A DNA stretch of 63,148 nucleotides, counting the filler, from Sluysia triapertura (taxonomy: Eukaryota), in the NCBI GenBank assembly GCA_046118255.1. It is 5 parts of 5 records of this genome, joined end to end, with 100 filler letters (N's around TTAATTAATTAA, not from the genome) between each part and the next. Parts side by side here need not be neighbours in the genome. Positions count along the whole stretch, not along the records: positions 11,203 to 24,783 come from JBJNIA010031381.1; positions 24,884 to 36,767 come from JBJNIA010160709.1; 3 more parts are not named here. One strand, given 5' to 3'. The position numbers and the translations under genes are program-made. The notes below the pieces were generated by a model. It was not told the DNA's origin and ran no database searches. It saw only the letters and a list, made by a program, of their open reading frames with translations. Numbering within the stretch: position 1 is the first letter of the stretch; every line of letters begins with the position of its first letter. Shown piece by piece: positions 13,951-25,065 of this stretch.

Positions 13951-15396
13951 GATAATGGAAAATCTACATAAAAAATTAAAGTATTGCAATTTTTCATTAA
14001 AAGCCTATTCAGCAAACGTTTCTTGGAATCAGTATAAATATTGATTCAAAAGCAGTTATAAAAAGTATATGGTAAAAGATTAAAGTGATTTTCGAGGTTT
14101 GAAAAATTTACTAAAATCTTAGTTTAAAAGTTTTGCATAGAAAGTTGTAATAACTAAAATATAAAAAATAATCGAGAATTGAAGCAAAACTTAAAAAATG
14201 TAACATGATTTAATGGAGGTTTAAGTGACCAAATTAGTAAAATTATTTCGAAGTCACACCACAAATTATTTATAATTAGTTCCATTTTTATTAGTTTTTG
14301 CTTATAAAATAAGGGTAAAATCGATTTAAATTTGTTTTCTTTTGGGCGATTTAATTCAAAATTTAAAGAAAAAATCGTATAACTGATTATTTTTTAACTC
14401 GAAATTTATTCTTTTCACTGATTTGTGGTCTATATTTATTCGTTTTGATTCTCATTTCCTTATTTTGAGCAGTTACACACTGCAAGATTATAGTAAAACT
14501 TAATAAATTATTCTACAGTTTACATCAAATATTTGAAGGATTAAAATATTTGCTTATGCTATGTAATAAAATCTAATTAATAAGCACATATTTTGACATA
14601 ATAATTAATTGAAAGAATTATATATATACTTTGTATGTTTGAGATAAGACACATAATAAGCCATAATATTAATTTAATTTTTCTGATAAGTTTAGTTAGT
14701 TAAGAAACAGAAGAAATACCTCGAAAATACATTTAACTTTAGAAAATAAAAGAATAAGACTATGGAATGGAGCTCACCACAATTAATTAAGACGTAGAAA
14801 GGGAGCACCATAAGAAGGAAAACACATGTTTTTAATAAAATGGAAATGAAAAAAATGAATTCTAACAAATACAAGCAAAAGCAAACCAATATAAAAAAGT
14901 AAAATAAGAATACGTAAAACCTATATGGTACCTAAAAAATTAACTGATACGTATTAGCTGCATAACCAAAGTACATATTAAAGTCATTGTATAAATATTA
15001 TAAATTGTATGAATAAATTATTCGTATAATTATATAATTCTTGCCACGGTGAATTGGCAGTGACAAATTGAAAATTTTTTAAATTACACTTATTTCAAAA
15101 CTTAATTGATCATAAGGAAAAGAGTTAGACAGTTAAATTTCCGATGTTAGACAAAGAAAATTTAAAACAATTATTATTAGTTTGGTCCTCGCAATATTAT
15201 TAAGCAATTTTGAACAATTTTGAATAATTTAAATTACTGAATTGATTTTCCATAAATGTTGCCGATTATTGGATGGACCAGGCGAATACCTTAGAAAAAA
15301 AAACTTAGGTAAGTAAAATATCTAAATTCATCTGAAAATTAAATTACTCGTGATCGTTCTCTTATCAGGTACTGATTTGTAATTGTAATTGTACTA

Positions 15397-15475
<79 letters not shown>

Positions 15476-17899
15476 CAATGTAATAATAATAATGAATAAC
15501 AATAATTAGAGAGAAATAATCATAATTAATAAATTAATATTTTCAATAATAATTTAGGCGTAATATCCATAGTAACACGTTGGCGGATATGGCATGCATA
15601 ACAGATTTTAAGATGATTTCTATAGCCCTCATCCGTCAGTGCTAAATTAAAAAAATTATTTTCGAAAAAGAAAAAAACGCGTCACCCATGTTGAAAATTT
15701 TAATATATAAAGGCGTTAAAAACGCAAATTTAGAATTAAAAATGAGAAAAAACAAAGGAATTTTTAACACATTACATTATCTAGAAAGAAATTCATTAAA
15801 TCAAATACTATAAAGTTCATAACACAACATCGATTATTTGAGAAAAACTCAAATACCAGCTCTTACCAAACAATTAATTCGTAGTAATTCAGAGTTAACG
15901 GGATAACAGATTTTGCTGGCTAATGTTCAGAAATTAATACTCCCACACTTGCTGAATTTTTAGATTTATACTGATTTTGTTTACAGCAAGGTTTAAAATC
16001 CAAGAAAACGTTCATTTTTTAAATATTTCACAGTAGTTTAAAGTTACCTCCAAATTTGACAATGTTATATATCAAGTCATACTTAATATCATAAATTACA
16101 TTGTTTCATTATCGCGTTATATTATTTTGTACTTTTCTTTTGATTATAATAAAACTCAGGAACATTAGACTTTATTTGCATACCAACTTAAATGTAATTG
16201 TTAAAAAACTTCGCATAATTTTGAGTAAATTCAAATCTGAGTAATGTATTTAAGGTTAATATTAACTAGTTAAATAATAATAAGGAACTATCCAAATTTT
16301 TTATCAGACATACCTTTCATAAAATACTACATAATTACAATCGTAGATAATTACTCTAGGTGGACCCGGTCCTTATGATTTTGTGTAGGGTAAGAATTAA
16401 TCTTAAAGAAAACCCTCACAAATTTTGTTCTTTTTAATAAGTATAATGGTTTAAATTAATATTGTTCAGAACAGTGAAGTGAAAATTTCCAATAATTATA
16501 AAATATTACACTTTCATCTATACCAAAGAGACGAGTTTAGAATATAATTGTAAATAAGACTAATTGTAATAACAAAGTTAAAGTTAAATGTTATAATTTG
16601 AATATTAAAGTGAAACAAAATAAATTTCGAATAAATATTTAAATATTTTATATTTCCTACGGTTTAAAAAATAAAGTGATATAGAATAAACATCAGATAA
16701 ATTTACAATACTTTTATAGTACTGTAACAATAAAGTATTATTTTTTATCACAATAATTTAATTTCATTGCTAATTAACATTAAAAACGTCGTAATCATCT
16801 TAAAATAACATTGTAAATAAAACAAAACTAATACATCTTAGTAATTTTACAAGACCATCTCTGTAGCTTTAAAATAAACATCTTAAAATGTACTGAAACC
16901 AAAAAATGAACATAGGAAAAACAAAAGTAGAATGCAGGAAACAGACTAAAATTTTCCGCACTTAATTAGCAGAGAAAAGATTACGAATCGGTTGGTAGTA
17001 TCAAAAGAAAAATTCATAACTTCATTAAAATAAAAACGAATACTAACACAAACTAATACAAAACATCACTTAATTACTAAATGAATGCATATGAATGTAT
17101 AAATGAATTGTAATGCAGCGAAACAAATATTATAAATGTACATGTGAAAGGTGACAATAATGCATGTATAAGAATCATTTATGATATTAACTAAAGAAAT
17201 TTGTCATATAATAGAATATAACTGTAGAGAAATTATTATCGAATAGAATTGAAAAATTTATTGGTCACACTATATACAACAATTTTGCTTACTACAATTT
17301 CACTATTTGGTTAAATATACGATTTGAATAAATATATAAATTTTACGATTTAGATTAACAACATTCTACGATTTCGAAAAATAGATTCTCGATAAATCAA
17401 ATTATTATCTGAGACTTCATTAATTAGTCTTATATGTAAATTATATATAAGTTAAATTAAAATAGTACAATAATCGCTAAAACTTGTGGTCCCTTTAGTT
17501 ATACTGTGTACTTATATATTAATATTAATTTATATATTAATATTAATTAAATGTACCTTTACAATGAAAGTTAAATTTATTTCTGAGGCAGGGATTTGAG
17601 ACATCATGTGGCGTCTTTTTTTCTACCTAATTGCATATATACACTTACATACGCAAGCATTAACTCGAATTCATCTTAGCATACGTACAAGAAATCATAA
17701 CAAATAATAAGACCTAAAATGACAGACCAAAATCCTAACTATATGTAAAGTCAGTAGCACATTGTTGGAAGTTAAATGACGCGTCACACGCTTTGTCGCT
17801 AGTGCAACCGCCTCACTACCATCTCATCCGACCAACTCTAATTGTTATAGCTGGCATTGTTGCTGTTGTTGAACCCAGCCGCAAATACAGACTTCAGTT

Positions 17900-18862
17900 C
17901 TAGGTATCGCATAACATGAATGTGGTTGTTCTATCCTGGCACCAATACCGAGATATTGTTTTAAATATGAATACATTATTTATACTTATAGTTTTTAGTT
18001 GAAGGAAGATTACTAATTTCGTTAATTTGGTTACGGAGAATTTATAATATCCTTTAATTCCATAAATTTCGAGCGTTTTGTTGTTAGTTAAAGATTTTAT
18101 ATTGTCAAGGAAAGTATGCTTTATATCTTTTTCATTAATTAGTATTTGGTTTAATGATCGAGTATGTCCTACAGCATTTAATCTATTTGTGTTTGTGAAA
18201 ATGTAAATATGAAAAACTCGAAGAACGTTTAAACTAATTGTGATTGTTACAGACAACAAGCAAGAGTAGTCTTCTGATATTATAGGGATTATTAATCTAA
18301 GCTTAGTTTTATTATTCTTAAAAATTTTAATTATCAATCCTTGTACATAATTTCTTTTAAATTTATATATTTCACTTAAAATGTATACTTCAATTTTAGA
18401 CATTATTGAATTAATACGGTATTTATTACAATTAAAAATAGCAATATGAATTAGAAACCAAACAATTTTATTAATTATGATTAAAACTCTAAGTCTTAAC
18501 ATTAAACTTGTAACATTTCGCCAATTATGACTCGCCACGTTTTCTACGTTCCATTGCAATCCACAGACACCAATTCTGAAGTTAAAATCTAAAATATTGG
18601 TAAAAATAAATTTAATGACAAGATGAATATCATAATATACCTGCTTCTCAGAAACTTTGTTAAAAAAACGCACTGTAAAAGAAACTTTTCCGTTTATGAT
18701 ATAGAATGAACATGGACACAATTTGTTGAACGCATCATTTTCTTCTTTCGACATAAGATTATTTGTCCCAACACTTCTGTATAGATTAGTTATTGCTAAA
18801 TTTGTCTTGGGAATCATTCCAGCAATAGTGTCGGTGTAAGCATCAAGCAGTAAAAACGGCAA
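17900..18862 (-). CDS. Hypothetical protein, 320 codons, probably part of a longer decayed ORF starting near 19294
   Basis: 963 bp without a stop in very AT-rich DNA. A same-strand ORF (19016-19294) lies upstream. No domain recognised, and the track start is TTG, not ATG. Confidence 0.5.
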   Translation of the reverse strand: MPFLLLDAYTDTIAGMIPKTNLAITNLYRSVGTNNLMSKEENDAFNKLCPCSFYIINGKVSFTVRFFNKVSEKQVYYDIHLVIKFIFTNILDFNFRIGVCGLQWNVENVASHNWRNVTSLMLRLRVLIIINKIVWFLIHIAIFNCNKYRINSIMSKIEVYILSEIYKFKRNYVQGLIIKIFKNNKTKLRLIIPIISEDYSCLLSVTITISLNVLRVFHIYIFTNTNRLNAVGHTRSLNQILINEKDIKHTFLDNIKSLTNNKTLEIYGIKGYYKFSVTKLTKLVIFLQLKTISINNVFIFKTISRYWCQDRTTTFMLCDT

Positions 18863-19323
18863 TTTAAATTTGTTTCGTAAACTTTGATTTCACAATAGTT
18901 CTGTGGTCGTATCGTAGGTAATTTATCTTTTATATCACACAAAATAATACAACATATCTTGAACAAAAGATTCCTTTCATTAGTATATGTTAACGGATAT
19001 TTGCTTAAGTAACGATTAATATTGTATGAGATTCTGTCGAGCTCGACGGAAATATCGGAATAATTTAACAGGAAAATTATGTCTCATAGTAAAATTAAAA
19101 GAATTTATGTTCATATTAATCGTGCAATCGATGTGTAGCAATAAATTAATGTATGATAAGAAGTAATCAATGATTAGGTCAGTTGTATTCACCGCATACT
19201 TGAATAACTTTAAGTCATCTAAATGTTTAGGTATGGTTTCAAAAAAACGATTCGTTTTTTTTGGAATTGTCGATCTGATAACATATCTAATCATTAATAA
19301 TTTGAAATACAGTCACCAAAATG

Positions 19324-19488
19324 TGATATTATAACTTTGAAGTACGATCACTAAAAATTGATATAATAACTTTGAATTACAGTTACTAAAACATTGATAC
19401 TAATAACTTTGAATTACGATCACTAAAATTGATACTAATAGTTTTTAATTACGATAACTAAAAAATTGATACTAATAGTTTTTAATTC
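19324..19488. repeat. ~35-bp minisatellite, ~4.6 copies
   Basis: Approximate consensus TGATACTAATAACTTTGAATTACGATCACTAAAAAT. Confidence 0.85.
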
Positions 19489-21051
19489 TAAAGTTTTTTA
19501 ATTAGTAAAACATGGATTGTGGTTAGCTATCCAATCACGACTTCAAAATGATAGTGTTAACAAATATGTCGTGATTGGATGGTGGTTGATGAAAATGATT
19601 TGTGATGGTTAACCATCATCAGTATTGGCACTCTAATGACATTGATAAACAGTAGTGTCAATACTGATGACGGCAGCAACAATTTTAATGAGAATAAAAT
19701 AAAATTTGTTAAAATAGTTTTAATGATTGATAATAATAGTAATAATAATAATATTGTTATTACTATTATTATTATTATTAATTAAGAATCGCATAAATCT
19801 TTCTTTAGAATGCTTATACACGATCTTGTCTTTAATATTCTTTTATTTCTTACATACAAATGAATAAATAAAAGCGCTTGATATTCTGTGAAGGAACAAC
19901 GGTGACGTGGTATACTATGCTTCGGTTATCGTTGTTGCTTCATCATAAGGAAAATGAATTCTTTAAAGCTGTATTAAATTTGTTCAAGATTTTTTTTGAA
20001 GTTAAAATGATTTGAGTTGTACATGAAGTGAAGAATGTTAGAATCAATTTCTGAGATTTACTTAAGGTTTATAATTGAAGATAAGATTTATACATTAATC
20101 TTAATGGTTTGACAGGCTTGTTAAGATTATAGTTTATTAGATTTAGAAGATAATTGCAAAATAAATCTTAGCGTATTTGTGATCTGGTTGAAAAATGTTG
20201 ATAATGATTATGTGTAGATGAAATAAATTTGGATTAGTATAATTGACTAGAGGCTGTAACGTAAATATTTTCTATGTTTCAGGTAGATATTGGTGATGTT
20301 GAATGGTGTCAATGTATTTGTGATTTATATGTTCTATGTTGTGGTTGTGACTTGGTTTGGGAGGATGACTATTGAGTGAATGTTATGGATTATTCGGTAT
20401 TAATTATCAAATTATAGTGTAAGGTAAATGATTGAGAGAATTGATCTAATTGATTGAGATGTGTATGCCGTTGGATTATTATAAATGTCGAATATTGTTT
20501 ATTGTGCATCAGTGAATGTGATTCGATAGTATGAAATGTGATGGATTTAAATATTATGTTTTTGTGAACAAGTTGCTGTGATTTGATAATGTTGAGTATG
20601 ATTGTGATTTAGGTGTTAAAGAATTTTAACTTATGGGTGTTGGCCACTACAGAAAGTTTTCTTTTTTGTTCAGCTATCTTATAATTTTATTACAAAAATA
20701 AAATTGTTTATGCAGCAGTTGGGTAATTGCTTAGGAGATTAAAAATTGGATAATGGACATAATTGCTTTAATAAATTTTTTCATTCTTTGTAGTCGGTCA
20801 TAAGGAAAAGACTTTTAGCTTAGAAGACGCTGCTTCAATCCATTTGTGAAAAACAGTGAGATTCAGCAGGGGATCTATAAATGGTTTGTAATTTGTTTTT
20901 CTATTTATTATTTTTAGTTGTTAATAAGGACGCCAACGTTTATTGATTAACTTTGAATATCGAGTTTTGTAATTAAAGACATACTTTGAATTTGAAAATA
21001 AAATTATATAATGAAGTTATACTATTGTGTTAAAGACTACTTGATTTTATA

Positions 21052-21507
21052 CAGGGTGTCCCAAAAGTAATCGAACCGCAAACTTAAATAAAAATTAGAT
21101 ATCAAAAACGACAAATGGAATAGATATATTTTACAAATGTTCAAAATGTCCACCATGAACTTCAGTATAAGCATAATATATTTTGACAACACTGCGACAT
21201 ACTTTCTGGCATTGTCGATTTACTCGGTAGATGTGTTTGCTTCCCATCTTTTTCATCATGCTTGTAGCTAGTCCTTACGTAGTAATTCTTAATAACGAAG
21301 ATATATTCGTTTAAATCAAAAGTCATTAGGTGCATTTGTAAGAATGGGAGTCCAGAAGCGCAAGCTGAACAAAAATCAAAATTCATTCCAAAGACCACTA
21401 TTCACAGAAGGAAATAAATAGTAGAGAAGATAACATAAAATGACGTAAAATAAATTAAATTTATCGTTTTTGATATCTAATTTTTATTTAAGTTTGCGGA
21501 CACCCTG
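21052..21507 (-). mobile_element. Non-autonomous Tc1/mariner-superfamily element (456 bp)
   Basis: TA|CAGGGTGTCC...GGACACCCTG|TA, with a 35-bp identical inverted segment (21076-21110 vs 21465-21499). The interior encodes a transposase start MTFDLNEYIFVIKNYY..PSKST and the typical end VHGGHFEHL* (21131-21160). Confidence 0.88.
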
Positions 21508-22523
21508 TACATATCAGAGATATGTTACTATATTTGTTACATAACTGTGATAATTTAGAGAATATATTGAGATTCCGAATTTGTTTAGTTATTGGATTAT
21601 AATTTGATAATTTAAAAAGATTTATTAAACATATTTTCGTTTTAAATTGCTTTTTACGAAATTTATACTGTTAATTCTTACATTTTTATCAATATTATAT
21701 ATAGTTTTTTGCCAATATTACATAATGGCGAATAAATTTTTAAATCTCTCTAGGTTGATTCTATTATGACTAATGTTTTAATAAAGTTAACATGATAAAT
21801 ATTCTTAACATATGCATTATCATAATGATAATATTGCTAATTTTCTTCTAACCATATAATTCATTTAAATAGTTGATTTGGATTAACTTGAATTTGTAAT
21901 ATTCTATTTTAACAAAAACCATAGTCATCCCGTTGTTTTGTTTACTAGTTGATGGTTTTAAAATTACTAAGATATTAGATCTATTTTATTTTAGGATTAT
22001 AATTTAATATTAATTATTCTCACATTTTCAAGATCAATTTGATTATTGTAAGACATTTTGTAACGAACCAAAAAGAAAATATTTAATATGAGTATACTTC
22101 AGATCACAAAATGAAGTACAAAATGAAATTTGTAACAATTAGATATATTAAAAATTGGTATTATTAAAACAGCATATAAAACTAAAAGAACATAGCATTT
22201 CTATTTCACTATTGTGTATCATAATTTTTGATATTAATTTAAAACTTGTGTGTTGTAATATACAAAATTAACTACCATGTATTTTAAACTACCTAATGAT
22301 TCATTTAGCCGAATATACATTTTATTTTAAAACAGTTACTTAATTAAAACAACTGTACATCATAAAGTTGATAAAATACAATTCATAAACAAAGAAAAAC
22401 GATAAAAATATTAATATTTATCTGAAATGTGTGGGATACAAATGAAAACTAATTATTTCTCTTATTAGTACTATCTCAATGTAGCAAATTATAGTTTCCC
22501 CTCTTGAATATATTTTATATTAA

Positions 22524-23380
22524 TTAACTTTTCAACATATTATACATTCTAATATCTTTATCTTGTACGGTTTTTCTGTGAGCATGATTTGCCAATAAGT
22601 TGATCTGTTCAAACGTATTAACTAATTCGAATTCAGGAGCTTCTTGTAAAGCTGCTAATGCATTAATATTCCAACGAATAAAATGATTTGTGTACATCGT
22701 AATTTCTTTGACTAATTTAGCGAATGGTAATCTTAATAATAAATACCCAGTTGAATTCTGATGTTTCACGATTTCTGTAATTGCATTTATTTGCTGTTTC
22801 GTTGCTCCTGGTGGTATTCTAATATTGAATTTATCTTTTTTCTTAGGTTTAATAATTTTTGATAATGTATTCGTCTTATTGCTAACTTTACTTGTTTGTG
22901 ATTTAAAATTTGTTTTGTTTTTTTGAATAGTTTGATTTTCTAATACTTCTTCGTTTCGAATAGTTTGATTTTCTGAATCTTTTTCATTCCGAATCGTTTG
23001 ATTTTCTGATACTTTTTTATTTCGAATTGTTTGATTTTCTGATACTTCTTCGTTTCGAATAGTTTGATTTTCTGAATCTTTTCCATTCCGAATCGTTTGA
23101 TTTTCTGAAACTTTTTTATTTCGAATAGTTTGATTTTCTGATACTTTTTTATTTCTAATTGTTTGAGTTTTTGATGTATTTTTAGAACCGAAATCATTAT
23201 TATCAACATAACTTATCTCTGTATCTGTCTTATTTATACTAATGTCACCGTTACGTATTGAACTTAAAGATTGAAAATATAGTTTGCATTCTAAACATTA
23301 AATTATATAAACGAGTTCTTTTTACTTGCATTATTTTTGGGAGTACTCGTGACTGGTTTCTTGATTGTCTTTTTTCTCAT
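22524..23380 (-). CDS. Divergent histone H3 variant (CenH3/CENP-A-like), 273 aa; exons 23380-23326 and 23290-22524
   Basis: ATG at 23380; a 35-bp GT..AG phase-1 intron (23325-23291) removes the only in-frame stop, and the frame is open to TAA at 22524. The C-terminus is a clear H3 fold: EIVKHQNSTGYLLLRLPFAKLVKEI..RW..ALAALQEA..LVNTFE..NLLANHAHRKTVQDKDI. Confidence 0.88.
22926..23165 (-). repeat. Coding 33-bp tandem repeat, 7.3 copies, in the H3-variant tail
   Basis: Units QTIRNKKVSEN x2, QTIRNGKDSEN, QTIRNEEVSEN, QTIRNKKVSEN, QTIRNEKDSEN, QTIRNEEVLEN, then QTI. Confidence 0.92.
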
Positions 23381-24783
23381 AATTAAATACTAATTTTGGG
23401 AATAAATAAACAAAATACAAACAAAACGTAAATTTATATATAGTATTGTTTTAATTTTATTAAAATTTAAATTTTATAAACATTATATTATTTAAGTTAA
23501 ATATGTTGTACTTTTTATAATATAAAATAAATTATTTGAAGTTCATCATATTTGAAATTGTTTATTAATAATTTAATTTTAAAATAATATGAATTTATTT
23601 GTATTGTAAGTTTTATTTAAATTTATAATTAATTTATATTTATATTATGTTAAATATTTGCTTGTTCAATTTAATTTAATGAACTTAATTTGCAAATTGT
23701 ACGCATTATTATTATAACATTATATTTTTACTAAGGTTTCAAAGTTTCATTATATTACGATTGCTTGAGTTGCAGATATCATGAACATTTAATTTTTACT
23801 TTCTATGATTAGTATAAATCAGTCTTAATAACATCTAGGTTTTTCTGATAGTAAAGATGGATTTATTTTTATTTTAAATCTTTAATTAAAAAATAAACTA
23901 ATTAACTAAATGCATGTCGTTTTATGAAAGGAAAATCGATAATGGTATAAATAATGATATAGCGAAAAAGACTCGATGAAATAAAATGAAATATTTTTAA
24001 AACTTTCATTTCATTAAACTTAAGTTTTCACATTTAGTTATAGCACTTACTATTAGTAACGGATCCAAAATGCGGTAAAAGTGGTAAAATATTTTGAAAT
24101 TATATTTTAATTAGTGTTAATAAAAATTATGACAATAAAATGAACAATTGATTTTGGTTATTAAATTAAACAATAGAGCGTTATAATATAAGTAATAAAA
24201 ACCATAATTGGCAAACTTAATTCGGTTTGCGGAGAGCATTAAATTTTCAGAAAACTATGCGGAATTAATTGAAAAAGTTTGAGAGTTTAATAATAGATTG
24301 CATTATCATAAATCACCTTAAGGCGGTGTCAGAATTACCGATGAATTTATCAGTACGTGATTTAAATATCTAGTTACTCTCATAGTTTGTCAAGCATAAG
24401 GGTCGAAAATTAAGTTCGAACTTCAAATCTTAATAATAATATTAATTATTTTGTTTCATGTCTATCTCTAGATACATTTAATAAATTGTGTTTCATAAAC
24501 ATACTTAAGGTTTATTTCAAACTATCAACTATCAAATAAAGCAGAAATTTATTTTAATTTCTAATTTGAAATTTCAATTTTAAATTCAATTTGAAAATAT
24601 TTGATCATAACTTGATTTTAAGAACTATCTTACTTTTCCTATTGCAAATGTTGTGTCTTTTAATACTTTTATTTTCCAAAATTATTAAATCAAAAGATAA
24701 TAATTAAATAAACTCAAAACCTCAGTATATTTGATATATTATCAAAACTACAATCAGATTATATAAATTATAATAATACGAAT

Positions 24784-24883
24784 NNNNNNNNNNNNNNNNN
24801 NNNNNNNNNNNNNNNNNNNNNNNNNNNTTAATTAATTAANNNNNNNNNNNNNNNNNNNNNNNNNNNNNNNNNNNNNNNNNNNN
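24784..24883. other. Assembly gap with six-frame stop linker
   Basis: 44 N + TTAATTAATTAA + 44 N. Confidence 0.98.
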
Positions 24884-24932
24884 CGATCTTGAAGTGGATA
24901 TGCAAGTATGAGTATTATTGTCGTTCTGTTAT

Positions 24933-25065
24933 TGTTGGGGTACAGGCCTAAAGTGCCATGAAATGATAATAGTATAATTGACTATCACTGTGATCAGAGC
25001 ATCGAGCTCTGAAGCGATAGGTGCCAGATTCGATTCCCGGTCAGTCACATTATTGAAGTCAAATA
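24933..25065 (+). repeat. Degenerate copy of the tRNA-cassette repeat family
   Basis: Has the family leader TGTTGGGGTACAGGCCTAAAGTGCCA, then AGAGCATCG..GATTCGATTCCCGGTCAGTC..GAAGTCAAATA. Confidence 0.7.

Noticed and set aside
15572-15645. Short imperfect inverted repeat resembling a TTAA mini-element
   Set aside because: Neither TTAA is intact and the match needs a gap.
19324-19488. CRISPR-like periodicity (also 32818-32908 and 22926-23165)
   Set aside because: Head-to-tail tandem units with no unique spacers, no cas genes and a eukaryotic context.
22940-23209. Lys-rich repeat ORF in the track
   Set aside because: It is an alternative frame of the H3-variant tail repeat; the frame continuous with the histone fold is the supported one.
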